Below, in pieces: positions 41,664-51,543 of a DNA stretch of 64,000 bases; position 1 is the first letter of the stretch, and each line of letters begins with the position of its first letter. The DNA is from an uncultured Chlamydiales bacterium. Lineage in GTDB: Bacteria; Chlamydiota; Chlamydiia; Chlamydiales; Rhabdochlamydiaceae. The translations under genes were made by a program, and so were the position numbers. The notes under the pieces are model-generated. The model was not told the DNA's origin, ran no database searches, and saw only the letters and a program-made list of their open reading frames with translations. The DNA lies in NCBI GenBank assembly GCA_963700985.1, contig OY969554.1:800001-864000 (forward strand), in the 5' to 3' direction.

Positions 41664-42238
41664 TTAATGGGAAATACATAAAATACTCCTGATGAAATCT
41701 GCTATAATCTGCAAACAGCTCCCCAGTGCATCGCCTACCTCTTCATACCAGGGAGGTGAACCAGGTCCCTTTACTCTGCGTATTAGTTCAGGAATTTTTT
41801 CTTTAATTAGTTTCTGAGAAGAGGTTGCAAGATCCCAGTCTTGGTCGCGCGCGCCTATGGAAAATTCGGAAGTTTTTGCAGGCTGTTTCTCGAACTGATA
41901 GTAGCCTACACACTCTCGTTTTGCAGTTGATAATGGCCTGCTAAAAGCGAGTTCGATTATCTCCCAACTACCTAATTCTGAAGGCTGCTCTGCATTTTGC
42001 TTATATGCAAAGAAGGCGAGTGCAACTCCTCGAACAGATACACCTACTCTGCGGGCAATTGCTCACCTGCTTTTGTTCTATCTATGGCACTTGTAAACCT
42101 CGGTGACACTCCTCTTGCATAAATCATTGAAAGTTTGTCCCACTCTCCCAATTGTGTAAGCACATTTTCGGGAATGTGCTCAAGAACTTCTCTTCGATCA
42201 TCTTCGTTTAAAGACTGTGCGATTGCTTTAATAGACAT
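41664..42238 (-). pseudogene. Frameshifted tandem family member 4
   Basis: N-part 42238-42044 stops at TAG; another frame continues VRGVALAFF..WEIIELAF..CVGYY..WYEEVGDALGSCLQIIADFIRSILCISH* to 41664. Confidence 0.85.
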
Positions 42239-42297
42239 AAAACCTCCGTTGATCGAGACGAATTATGAACCTATCCAACTAAATCTTCAGTTAAATT

Positions 42298-43386
42298 TTA
42301 TTTTTCGAAGCGATCGAGAAAGATTTTCTCTCCGGCTTGCAGAGTAATTTTATCTCCGTGCTGCACGGTAATGCCACGACTTCTCTCGTTATGACGCAAG
42401 CGGAATCTACGGATAGATTTTTGCAGAGAAAGCAACAGAGTTTGGGATTCGGTTGAGCGGTAGATCACACGTTGTAGGAGTTTTTTTGACCATTCTAAAT
42501 CGATCAGATCGCCATTTTTGCGCTTAATTCCGATGTAACGACCGGCAAATAGCTGCGGTGGGAGATGAGGAAGAAGAGAGACAGTGTTGCTCTCTTCTTG
42601 GAAAAAAAGCGAGCGAATGAGCGCTCCGCCACGTTGGAGCAAAAGAAGCGGAGAAAGATCGGGCGAAATTTTCAAATCAGAGAAGACAATTCCTTGAAAT
42701 TGCTCATCTTCAAGGCGCGGCAGCATGATATTCGAAAAAGCAACCAGAAAAGTGCGTTGCAAAGCTGGGATGATTTCGATTTTCTTATCTTGTTTTAAGA
42801 TCTCTTCGCATTCGATCAGTGGTAGCAGCGTGCCCTCAGAGCGTCTGGGATCTTCGACTTTGGGAATAAAACTAGAAAGACGAAGCCAAACGGGAAGGAT
42901 CTCTTGCATCTCTTGGCGACGGCAAACGAGATCCCAGTCTTGTGCTTTGTGTATTCCCAATGAAAGGCGTTCTTGAGGAATTTCTGAAAGAGAGTGTTCT
43001 TTACTAATAGGCAATAAGAGTAGGTCTTTATTTTTCATCAGAGCTTGTTTTTTCAGCTCGGGCACAGAGCAGCCAACTCCTTCGGATGGTGTGCGTTCAA
43101 ACAGGATCTCAATGCCCTGCTCGCTTCGTTGAATGCGCAGGCGAAAATAGCCTTTTTGGCTCTGGCCAAAAATGTGCACCTCTCCCCTTTCTAAATCTTG
43201 CTCGAGGGTAAAATTCTTAACTGGACCTTCCAAATCTAGTTTAACCAAAAACTTAGCATCCGTGTGCAGGTTTTTGAAGCAAAGGCGTGTAGGAAAGGCC
43301 TGCACTTGCCAGAAGCTTTTAGGCAGCAAGCAGGTGGCGCCAGCAAGATGAGAAAATGGATGAAAACGCAAGGCAACTTTAATCAC
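42298..43386 (-). CDS. Conserved hypothetical protein; C-terminus resembles the GH95 C-terminal beta domain
   Basis: 362-aa ORF coupled to mtaB; VSLLPHLPPQLFAGR...IDLEWS. Confidence 0.65.
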   Translation of the reverse strand: MIKVALRFHPFSHLAGATCLLPKSFWQVQAFPTRLCFKNLHTDAKFLVKLDLEGPVKNFTLEQDLERGEVHIFGQSQKGYFRLRIQRSEQGIEILFERTPSEGVGCSVPELKKQALMKNKDLLLLPISKEHSLSEIPQERLSLGIHKAQDWDLVCRRQEMQEILPVWLRLSSFIPKVEDPRRSEGTLLPLIECEEILKQDKKIEIIPALQRTFLVAFSNIMLPRLEDEQFQGIVFSDLKISPDLSPLLLLQRGGALIRSLFFQEESNTVSLLPHLPPQLFAGRYIGIKRKNGDLIDLEWSKKLLQRVIYRSTESQTLLLSLQKSIRRFRLRHNERSRGITVQHGDKITLQAGEKIFLDRFEK

Positions 43387-44653
43387 GGCGGCTTATTAAT
43401 CCCAGTGTATGGTTTTGGATGCATTCAACCGTGACGAGCTCATTTGCACGAAGGCCGTGCGAAGGAACGAAGACGGATAAAAAGTTTTCAGTATGCCCTT
43501 CGAGATAACCGGGCAGAGTTTCTTTATCGCTCTCGAGAAGCACCTGCATCTTGCGGCCGATATACTGCTCTCTTAGTTCAAAGGCATGCTGTTCAGCTAA
43601 ACGTAAAACGCGCTGTTTGCGCTCTTGAATAACTTCTTGAGGGATTTTATTCGGGAAAAGCGCTGCTCTGGTGCGCTTCCTTTCGCTGTAAGGGAACATA
43701 TGCACTTTGGCAAACTTCACCTCTTTCATGATCTCGAGGGTCTCTTCGAAATCCTGCTCTGTTTCGCCAGGAAAGCCGACGATGATATCGGTGGTAAAGG
43801 TAAAATCAGGGCACGCCTTTTTAAGGTTTTGTACACTCTGTAAAAAATCTTGGCGCGTGTATTTGCGATTCATGCGCTTTAATACGACGTTAGATCCAGA
43901 TTGAAGCACGATGTGCAGCGAGGGACAGGTTGTTTTACCCGTGAGCACAGCTTGTAAAAGTGCCTCGTCTACTTCATCGGGATCAATGGAGGAAACGCGC
44001 AGACGTTTTAATCCGGGCACCGCATCGACGGCACGCACGAGCTCAGCTAAACGCACGGGTTCTTCGCCTTCTTTGGGCGAGCCATCAAAATCGCCGATGT
44101 TAATGCCGGTGAGCACAACTTCTTTATAGCCATTTTCTATGAGCGTCTTAACTTCACTGAGCACCTCATCTAAACGCCTTGAGGTGGAGCGGCCACGCAC
44201 ATAGGGAATGATGCAATAGGTGCAAAATGAGTTGCACCCATCTTGAACTTTGACAAAAGCACGTGTATGCGCGGGGAAATGCGTGATGGCAAATTCTGGC
44301 ATCTCTTGTTCGGGAAGCGCAATAGACAGCAGCTCTTCTTTCTGCTTGTTGGGAACCACCAGGTTGACTCCGGTGATTTTTGCGATCTCTTCGGGCAGAC
44401 GTTCGGCCAAGCAGCCGGTGACTACAAGCTTCGCATCTGGATGTTGGCGGGCAAATTGCCGAATTTGATGACGGCTTGAACTATCAGCCGATTCGGTTAC
44501 CGTGCACGTATTGACAATGCACAGCTCAGCCGTTTCGCCCTCTTGAGCTTCTTCGTAGCCTAGCTTTTGCAGCTGAGACGCATAGGCTGCGGCTTCATAT
44601 TGATTGGTACGGCAACCCAGGGCTACCACTTTATATCTTTTTTTCGTGTCCAT
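43379..44653 (-). CDS. mtaB: tRNA t6A37 methylthiotransferase
   Basis: LGCRTNQYE, NTCTVT, VKVQDGCNSFCTYC, HMFPYSER. Confidence 0.93.
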   Translation of the reverse strand: MDTKKRYKVVALGCRTNQYEAAAYASQLQKLGYEEAQEGETAELCIVNTCTVTESADSSSRHQIRQFARQHPDAKLVVTGCLAERLPEEIAKITGVNLVVPNKQKEELLSIALPEQEMPEFAITHFPAHTRAFVKVQDGCNSFCTYCIIPYVRGRSTSRRLDEVLSEVKTLIENGYKEVVLTGINIGDFDGSPKEGEEPVRLAELVRAVDAVPGLKRLRVSSIDPDEVDEALLQAVLTGKTTCPSLHIVLQSGSNVVLKRMNRKYTRQDFLQSVQNLKKACPDFTFTTDIIVGFPGETEQDFEETLEIMKEVKFAKVHMFPYSERKRTRAALFPNKIPQEVIQERKQRVLRLAEQHAFELREQYIGRKMQVLLESDKETLPGYLEGHTENFLSVFVPSHGLRANELVTVECIQNHTLGLISRRD

Positions 44654-44770
44654 GAGGGCGCAAATTATGCCAAGAAGGCCGCCCAGGTGCAAGGAGATTA
44701 AAACAATCTCAAGGATGTTTATTGGAAAAAAGTATTACATCTAATAGTATGAGGATAGAGGTGTCAAAAC

Positions 44771-45364
44771 GTGTCATTTTACTCTATCACTTTAGCGCTC
44801 TTCTTCGTCCTCAACGCCCTGGGAAACATTCCTCTCTTCATCGGGCTAATCGGACATTATGACCTAGTCCGCCAACGTAAAATTATTGTTAGAGAGCTCT
44901 TAATTGCGCTCTTTATCCTGCTAGCCTTCAACTTCTTTGGAAATAAGATTCTGGAACTTCTGGGTATCTCAGAACCCATCATCGGCATCGCGGGCGGCAT
45001 CCTACTCTTTATTATTGCCCTTGGCATGATCTTCCCCAAAGCCGATAAAGCCGAAGCACCTCGTAGCGAACCCCTGATTGTGCCGCTTGCCACCCCAATC
45101 GTGGCCGGGCCTGGCGCGATCGCCACCGTGATGGTCTATTCAGAGCAGGTCTCCAACGCCTGGGTGATGTCTGGTGCCATCTTTTTAGCGTGGCTGCCCT
45201 GCTTCATCATCTTGCTAGTCTCGTCAAACATCAAAATCGTTCTGGGAAAAAGAGGCCTTGCTGCCTGTGAAAGACTGGGCGGTATGCTCATCAGCTTAGT
45301 CTCAGTGCAGATGTTCTCAAGCGGCGTGATCAAGCTCGTTCAAGACGCCTGCTATTCACACTAG
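44771..45364 (+). CDS. MarC-family membrane protein
   Basis: NALGNIPLF, IAGGILLF, VPLATPIVAGPGAI. Confidence 0.92.
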   Translation: MSFYSITLALFFVLNALGNIPLFIGLIGHYDLVRQRKIIVRELLIALFILLAFNFFGNKILELLGISEPIIGIAGGILLFIIALGMIFPKADKAEAPRSEPLIVPLATPIVAGPGAIATVMVYSEQVSNAWVMSGAIFLAWLPCFIILLVSSNIKIVLGKRGLAACERLGGMLISLVSVQMFSSGVIKLVQDACYSH

Positions 45365-45431
45365 AAGGTTAAATCCGGCTGATTCATAACTCAACTTCAG
45401 ATTAGCCGCATTTATTCTAAGCAATATTTAT

Positions 45432-46136
45432 TTAATAAGTTGAAGATGGGGTTTTTCCCATAAAGCCTGTCTGGCGCAGGGAAATGAAGGTCTGTTTGCC
45501 GAAGATGAGATGATCATCAAAACCAATTCCCATCACACGACTAGACTGCAAAAGAAGCCGCGTGAGTTGTAAATCATTACTCGATGGGGTCGGATCGCCG
45601 CTGGGGTGGTTATGCGCAAGGATTAAACTATGCGCCTTATGCTTAACTGCCGGATAGAAGACTTCACGTGGATGGACAAGCACTTCAGAGAGCGTGCCCA
45701 CCGACACTTTTTCATGATGGATTAGCCGCCCCTTCACATCGCGTAAAATAACCAGCAGCACCTCTTGTTTTTGATGGGCGATCTCATCTTTTGCATAGGC
45801 GAAGGCCTGCTCAGGCGTATGAATAAAAGGCTTCACAACGGATGAATTTCTAAGCGCTTTTTGTGCAATGGCAAAAACCGCTTTCAGCTGAATGGCTTTG
45901 GCTTCGCCAATGCCTTTGATCTCTTTTAGCTCTTCGATCGACGCATCTAAAAGGCCTGTGATGTCGCCAAACTTATGCACGAGCTCTTGTGCGAGGATTA
46001 AAACTGATTTTTCTTTAGTTCCGGTGCCCAAAAGAATGGCTAGAAGTTCAGGAAGAGAAAGAGCCTGCTCGCCGTAGCGCATCAACCGTTCACGCGGCCG
46101 CTCATGCGCCGCTAAATCGCACATTTTCCCAAGCAT
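45432..46136 (-). CDS. radC: RadC-family JAB domain protein
   Basis: ERPRERL, ELLAILLGTG, VHPREVF, AHNHPSGDPTPSSND, DDHLI. Confidence 0.95.
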   Translation of the reverse strand: MLGKMCDLAAHERPRERLMRYGEQALSLPELLAILLGTGTKEKSVLILAQELVHKFGDITGLLDASIEELKEIKGIGEAKAIQLKAVFAIAQKALRNSSVVKPFIHTPEQAFAYAKDEIAHQKQEVLLVILRDVKGRLIHHEKVSVGTLSEVLVHPREVFYPAVKHKAHSLILAHNHPSGDPTPSSNDLQLTRLLLQSSRVMGIGFDDHLIFGKQTFISLRQTGFMGKTPSSTY

Positions 46137-46149
46137 ATGAAAACCTCTA

Positions 46150-47454
46150 CTACTTTTGTAGAAATGGCTCTATCTTATATTCGAGCGTGGCGGGAATTTC
46201 AATCTCCAAAAGAATGTCATTCTCTTCATATTCAGAGCTAATGACGCGGCCTTCTCGCATCAGCACGCTGACAAGTGCGTACTCGCTCTGCGGAATTTTT
46301 AACTTAAATCTTTTTCGCAGCTTGGAAAGCTCTTGCATCATCAGCTCGAGCAGCTCAGTAAAGCCTGTGTTATGCAAAGCCGAGATCTGGACTGTTTTGC
46401 GATATTTTAGACGCAGTCTGTGCAAAAGGCCCGGATTCTGACACTCATCGATCTTGTTAAGCACCGTAATGATGGGATGATCGAGCGCCTTTAATTCGCC
46501 CAGAACGTGGTGCGTGGCCTCAGCCTGTTTTTCCGCCGTAGGATTGCTGACATCCACAAGGTGCAGCAGGATATCAGTGTGGATAGTTTCTTCTAATGTA
46601 CTCTTGAATGCTGCGACTAGCATGTGAGGAATTTTGCGAATGAATCCAACCGTATCGATTAAGAGAACCTCTTGGCGATTGGGCAGGATGAATTTTCGCG
46701 TAGTCGTATCTAAAGTTGCAAAGAGTTTATCTTCGACTAGCACCTCAGCGTTTGTTAGCGCTTTTAAAAGCGTAGACTTACCCGCATTGGTATACCCAAC
46801 AATCGCAAAAGTGGGAATGCCCGAGCGCAGCCTTGCGCTGCGTTGAGTATGCCTTTGTGCTGCCACATCTTTGAGTTCTTTTTTCAAGCGCTCGACACGC
46901 TCTTTAAGCATACGGCGATCGAGCTCGATCTGCTTCTCTCCCGGACCCTTGGTGGCTCCACCGCTGCCGGCCACCTGTCTTTCGAGGTGAGTCCAGAGCC
47001 GCTTTAAGCGCGGCATTTGGTAGCGCACTTTAGCGAGTTCCACTTGAAGCTTGGCCTCGCGCGTCTGAGCGCGCTGCGCAAATACTTCGATGATCAGCTC
47101 TGTGCGATCGATTACCGGCTTAGCAAAGAGCTTTTCTAAATTGCGCTGCTGATGCGGTGTAATCTCATCATCAAAAATGATCACTTCCGCGCCGATTTCT
47201 TTCGCCAGCTCAATGAGCTCTTCCAACTTGCCCGAGCCTAAAAAGTTTGCTGCGTCGATTTTTTTGATAGGGCAAGAGACTTTGCCAACCGTTTCCAGGC
47301 CAAAGGTTTCGCATAGACGCTCGAGCTCAACGAGGTACTCTTCGCTAAGCGCAAGCTCTTTTCCCGAAGGATAGCTAGAGATCAAAAGCGCCTTATTAAA
47401 GCGTTTAAGATCGGGAAGTTCGGTGTCGGGTTGTTTCTTTTTCTTGTCGACCAT
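46150..47454 (-). CDS. hflX: Ribosome-splitting GTPase HflX
   Basis: GPGEKQIELDRR, GYTNAGKST, LFATLD, DTVGFI, NKID. Confidence 0.97.
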   Translation of the reverse strand: MVDKKKKQPDTELPDLKRFNKALLISSYPSGKELALSEEYLVELERLCETFGLETVGKVSCPIKKIDAANFLGSGKLEELIELAKEIGAEVIIFDDEITPHQQRNLEKLFAKPVIDRTELIIEVFAQRAQTREAKLQVELAKVRYQMPRLKRLWTHLERQVAGSGGATKGPGEKQIELDRRMLKERVERLKKELKDVAAQRHTQRSARLRSGIPTFAIVGYTNAGKSTLLKALTNAEVLVEDKLFATLDTTTRKFILPNRQEVLLIDTVGFIRKIPHMLVAAFKSTLEETIHTDILLHLVDVSNPTAEKQAEATHHVLGELKALDHPIITVLNKIDECQNPGLLHRLRLKYRKTVQISALHNTGFTELLELMMQELSKLRKRFKLKIPQSEYALVSVLMREGRVISSEYEENDILLEIEIPATLEYKIEPFLQK

Positions 47455-47461
47455 ATCTAGA

Positions 47462-48238
47462 TTAAAATGAAATTTTCAGCCCATCATAGCTGAGACGCAC
47501 ATTGTGCGGCAGCTTTAGGTTTGTCTCTTCATGGTCGAGATCGTGAGAGATGTGGGTAAGCCAAGTCTGTCTTGCACCTACTTTCTCCGAAAAGGCTATA
47601 GCTTCATCGAGTCCGAAATGCATTTGGGACGCTCCGTGACGCAGCGCGCTTAAAATCAGCACATCCACCCCTTTTAAAGCAGCAATTACTTCATCGTTGT
47701 ATTCACGTATGTCCGAGACATAAGCCAACTTGCCCAAGCGAAAGCCGTTAACTTTCATGCCTGCTTGAAAGTAACTCAGGTATTGCCAATCGATCCCCTC
47801 AAACTTAATCCTACCAAAATCTTTCTCGAGCACTACAAAATCGAGCTGAGCTGCAATCGCATGGCCATCTTTTAACGGCTTCATCAAATAGTGCAGGCGG
47901 ATCTTCAGCTCTTCCATGCTCTCTTTTGAAACAAGGCAGGGCATCTTTTTTTTCTGCAAAAAATAGAAAGCGCGCAGATCGTCAATCCCCCCGATGTGAT
48001 CATAGTGCGTATGCGTGATTAAGACGCCATCGAGATGCTTAATCTTATGCGTGAGCGCCTGCTGACGAAAATCTGGCCCTACATCGATTACAAAGCTCTT
48101 GCCATCCACCTTAATCAAGGCAGAGGGTCTAAGGCGCTTATTATATTTAGACATAGAACGACAAACCGGACACGTGCAGCCGATAACTGGTACACCCGTC
48201 GATCCACCTGTGCCTAAAAAAGTTAGCTCTGCTGTCAT
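47462..48238 (-). CDS. Metallo-beta-lactamase-fold hydrolase (PhnP-like)
   Basis: FLGTGGSTGVPVIGC.C..C, THTHYDH, THISH. Confidence 0.9.
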   Translation of the reverse strand: MTAELTFLGTGGSTGVPVIGCTCPVCRSMSKYNKRLRPSALIKVDGKSFVIDVGPDFRQQALTHKIKHLDGVLITHTHYDHIGGIDDLRAFYFLQKKKMPCLVSKESMEELKIRLHYLMKPLKDGHAIAAQLDFVVLEKDFGRIKFEGIDWQYLSYFQAGMKVNGFRLGKLAYVSDIREYNDEVIAALKGVDVLILSALRHGASQMHFGLDEAIAFSEKVGARQTWLTHISHDLDHEETNLKLPHNVRLSYDGLKISF

Positions 48239-48297
48239 AAAACTAAAATGTAATTTTATTCATATGTGTTGCGCAACGCTTATTTTGAAAAAAATCA

Positions 48298-48479
48298 AAC
48301 CACAGAGGCACAGAGAACACAGAGCTAGAGAAAGAGGTTATTTTTTCGCGAGCGAGGCGAAAAAACAACACCCTCTCGGCTTCGCCGATGTTTACGCGGC
48401 GAGAGAATGTCATTTTTTGTTTCACTTACAAAAAATGACTTCCTTTTCCGACCTCTGTGTTCTCTGTGCCTCTGTGGTT
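48298..48479. repeat. CACAGAG-heptad palindromic element
   Basis: Perfect 27-bp inverted repeat AACCACAGAGGCACAGAGAACACAGAG (48298-48324 and 48453-48479) with internal hairpins. Confidence 0.85.
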
Positions 48480-48499
48480 AATCTTCTCTTTTTAATCGC

Positions 48500-49465
48500 T
48501 TATAAAAACTGAGGGATAATTTTGCTTTCGTCATTTGCTAAAAGGGCGCTAGCTAGCATTTTGCCGGCCAAGGCGTGATAGAGCAAGCCGCGGGAACCCA
48601 TGGCTGTACAAACCCACTTGCGCTCTTCTATCTTTCGGATTATGGGCAGGTAGTGGCCTTTTCTGGCAACCCGTATCCCTGCTTTGCAACTTTCGATCTC
48701 AAGAAATTTCACATCGGGAAAAAACGAAGCAATTTTGGGCAAGATCTCCTCTTTGGCTCTGGCTAAATCGGGAAGAGCTGAAGTAACACCGCGCTCATAT
48801 GTAGAGCCAAGCACACACAAGTCCGCACTTTCACTTAAGGCAACGTAGCCTTTGCCAATCAGACTTCTCTCAAGGGGCTTTAGCGTTTGAGGATAGCGGC
48901 AAATTAACAGTTGGCCCTTGGTGAATTGCACTTTCAGGCTTTGACATTCAGGAAAAGTCAATAGGTTGGCACCGGCTGCCACCACGATCTGATCATACTC
49001 TTTTAGCTCTTCTAAATTCTGGATGTTCTGCAGATGCAACTTCGCGCCTTTTTGTGCGCAAATATTCCATAATCCTTGCAGATAGCCGGGCACATTCACC
49101 GTAACACCGCTTTTGATTAGAAAGGAGCCTTCGACTTCTTCAACATCATCTTGATTGGCAAATGCGATACGCAAAGCTTGGCGCTCTTCTTCGTGGCGCG
49201 CAATACGCAAAATGCCGGGTTTGTGAATGAGCGCACCAGAAACAGAATCTAATAACACATGGCTCTCTTCAAGGGCTTCGGTGGCCATCCAACTACGTTT
49301 GGCTTCTTCGCCTACATATGGATGCATAAGACCACAGGCGATGCCTGAAGCTGCCCCGCCAATCCCCTTTTCATCAAAGAGATCGACTTGACACATTCCG
49401 CTAAGAGTGAGGTGATATGCAAGCGCAAGCCCAGAAAGACCTGCACCAATGACCGCGATCTTCAT
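48500..49465 (-). CDS. FAD-dependent oxidoreductase (DAO/DadA-like)
   Basis: IAVIGAGLSG dinucleotide fold, ASGIACG, GSRGLL. Confidence 0.88.
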   Translation of the reverse strand: MKIAVIGAGLSGLALAYHLTLSGMCQVDLFDEKGIGGAASGIACGLMHPYVGEEAKRSWMATEALEESHVLLDSVSGALIHKPGILRIARHEEERQALRIAFANQDDVEEVEGSFLIKSGVTVNVPGYLQGLWNICAQKGAKLHLQNIQNLEELKEYDQIVVAAGANLLTFPECQSLKVQFTKGQLLICRYPQTLKPLERSLIGKGYVALSESADLCVLGSTYERGVTSALPDLARAKEEILPKIASFFPDVKFLEIESCKAGIRVARKGHYLPIIRKIEERKWVCTAMGSRGLLYHALAGKMLASALLANDESKIIPQFL

Positions 49466-50286
49466 GATTCGCTTTTTTCCTTGCGACGCATGAGCACATA
49501 ACTTTCAGCTGCAAAATTAAAGAAGAAGATGATTGCTGGCGCCACGAGCGCACAGAAAGGCAGCATGATCAGGGAAGATTGCAAAATATAAGCTAGTGAA
49601 TCTGTAGCTTCGACATAAGAGGTGCCCGTAATGGTTGAGGCCAAAAGCAGCAGCCCACCCACTAGAATAAATGGCAAGAAGCCCAGCGTAAATAGGGCTA
49701 AGTGTGAAAAGGGATTTTTCTTAATGCGAGCCCAGGTCTTCTCCCCTACTTCTAAATCTAGCTGAGACTGTAGGGCAACTGCTGGCGGCAAAAAGAAGAG
49801 TAGCAGCAAATTCATCAGGGCCAGCACAAGCGAACCGAGCACAAGTAAAAAGGGCACAAAAGAGAAAAAGAGCGCAAGGCCATTTCCTACAAACGGAATC
49901 TCTCTCAAAAGATAAAAGAAGCCAAGCACTGTCCAAAGAAGAAGGTAAGCCACAAACATGGGAAGCGAGAGATGTGAGATTCCCACCATCAGATTCCATG
50001 ATTTGCGCAGTGTCTGCCGATAACTAACTTCGATTTGTTTTACTTCATCGTGATAAACACGAGTGAGCAGAACGCCTACCGCTAGCAGCAGCGCCGAACA
50101 GACAAACACCGGCAAAAACGCCAAGCTCATCGTCACCCAATCTGAGGCACGCAGCGCCAGCGCGCGGCAGAGCACAATCAGAAATGCACACATCACTAGA
50201 ATTGGGAAAAAGAAGATCATCTTCTTTCGTGAGAAAGAAAAAGTGAAGGCGCGGTTGAAAATAAGCTCTAGATCTGTCCAACTCAT
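49462..50286 (-). CDS. Conserved hypothetical integral membrane protein
   Basis: 274 aa, about 6 hydrophobic helices, ATGA-coupled to the downstream gene. Confidence 0.8.
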   Translation of the reverse strand: MSWTDLELIFNRAFTFSFSRKKMIFFFPILVMCAFLIVLCRALALRASDWVTMSLAFLPVFVCSALLLAVGVLLTRVYHDEVKQIEVSYRQTLRKSWNLMVGISHLSLPMFVAYLLLWTVLGFFYLLREIPFVGNGLALFFSFVPFLLVLGSLVLALMNLLLLFFLPPAVALQSQLDLEVGEKTWARIKKNPFSHLALFTLGFLPFILVGGLLLLASTITGTSYVEATDSLAYILQSSLIMLPFCALVAPAIIFFFNFAAESYVLMRRKEKSES

Positions 50287-50496
50287 AATAGTCGCAAGAA
50301 TACATACTTAGACGTTGTTTTAAAACAGATATTTGGGGAAGAGAAGGGAGAGAAATCGACATGGACTAAGTGGAGGATATCGACAAAGAGTGGACTTGAG
50401 CGAACAACAAGCTAGCTATAAATAATTATTTATTATGATTATTTACATAATAATCTGGTAAATTTTCTGCACTTTTATCAACAGAATTAAATTAAA

Positions 50497-51522
50497 ATGG
50501 GAATTACAACTGCAACAACTCTTAATCGAAGCTATCATCCTGTTTTTTCACAGACAGATCTGACAGCTCTTTCCCTTTCATTTTTAGGCCCACAAGGGAT
50601 AGCACAAGCTCGCCGAACAACAAATTGCTTCAATCGTGCTGCCCAAAGGGCTTTTGATCTTTTTCTTCCAGGCTGCGGTAACATTGACGCCAGAACTACA
50701 TCGTTTAGAGCAATTGCAAATCTGGGGACTTCCTTAACTAGATCCCCCACACTTTCACGAGAAAATCTCGAGAAAGTCATCAAAAAACTGATCAATCTTA
50801 AAGTTTTTAGAAGCGATAGCCGAACCTATGAAGGACCAGTTCAAGTGCTTCTTTCGTGCACAATACTGGCAGGCCGCCTTAAGGAGTTACACCTTGACGA
50901 TGCAATCGGGTTAATACGTATTTCCTCAAAGATAAGCTCTATTGCTTCCAATTGCACAGCTCTTACCAAGTTAAGTATTGAAAGATCCAACTGCTCAAAT
51001 GCAGATATTGCGCCCCTAAGCAAGCTCATGCATCTACAAGTATTATCGCTTAAGAATTCAAGAAACTTATCCGCAGGCTCTATAACAATTTTAGCAAATC
51101 TCCCTGCTTTGACTAGTCTCGATCTATTCAATTGCAGTGAGATAACTCCTATCGATTTTATTCGGCTGATGCAAGTGAGAGACAGCCTCCCTTTGCCGCA
51201 ACTCCATCATCTAGGCCTTGGAGGCAGTTTAAGCCAAGCCTTTTCCTTTACAGCATTAAGCACAGCGCTGGCAGCGCAAAGACAGCTCGCAACAGCAATC
51301 TCTACGCACGCTAAGGAACTTAAGACCCTTGATCTCCAAGGAACTTACTCTATTTTTGATACACTTGCGCAAATTACCCGCAGTTGCACACACCTCTATT
51401 TTTTAAATATACATGGCTGCACGTGGATCTCCCCGCCTTCGGTAGAGATACTCCGTAACTTAAGTCCGACAATACACATATTCCATGAGAATAGCTGCGT
51501 TGCCGCACCATGCTGGCGCTAA
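50497..51522 (+). CDS. RNI-like LRR protein with F-box-like N-terminus
   Basis: SLSFLGPQGIAQARRTTNCF; LTKLSI, LQVLSL, LTSLDLFNC, LKTLDL repeats. Confidence 0.7.
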   Translation: MGITTATTLNRSYHPVFSQTDLTALSLSFLGPQGIAQARRTTNCFNRAAQRAFDLFLPGCGNIDARTTSFRAIANLGTSLTRSPTLSRENLEKVIKKLINLKVFRSDSRTYEGPVQVLLSCTILAGRLKELHLDDAIGLIRISSKISSIASNCTALTKLSIERSNCSNADIAPLSKLMHLQVLSLKNSRNLSAGSITILANLPALTSLDLFNCSEITPIDFIRLMQVRDSLPLPQLHHLGLGGSLSQAFSFTALSTALAAQRQLATAISTHAKELKTLDLQGTYSIFDTLAQITRSCTHLYFLNIHGCTWISPPSVEILRNLSPTIHIFHENSCVAAPCWR

Positions 51523-51543
51523 TTAACTAAAATAGGCGTAATT

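Noticed and set aside
42044-42046. TAG readthrough or recoding of paralogue 4
   Set aside because: The homologous continuation is in a different frame and a segment is missing, so a deletion fits better
45432-46136. radC as a marker of a mobile element
   Set aside because: Full-length form embedded in a housekeeping run with hflX; no mobility genes nearby
48099-48512. ORFs spanning the CACAGAG palindrome
   Set aside because: Peptides such as PQRHREHR and LCVLCASVV are just the repeat read in frame
50357-50400. Loose GTGGAC-like repeats upstream of the membrane gene
   Set aside because: Too degenerate to define a unit or an inverted partner
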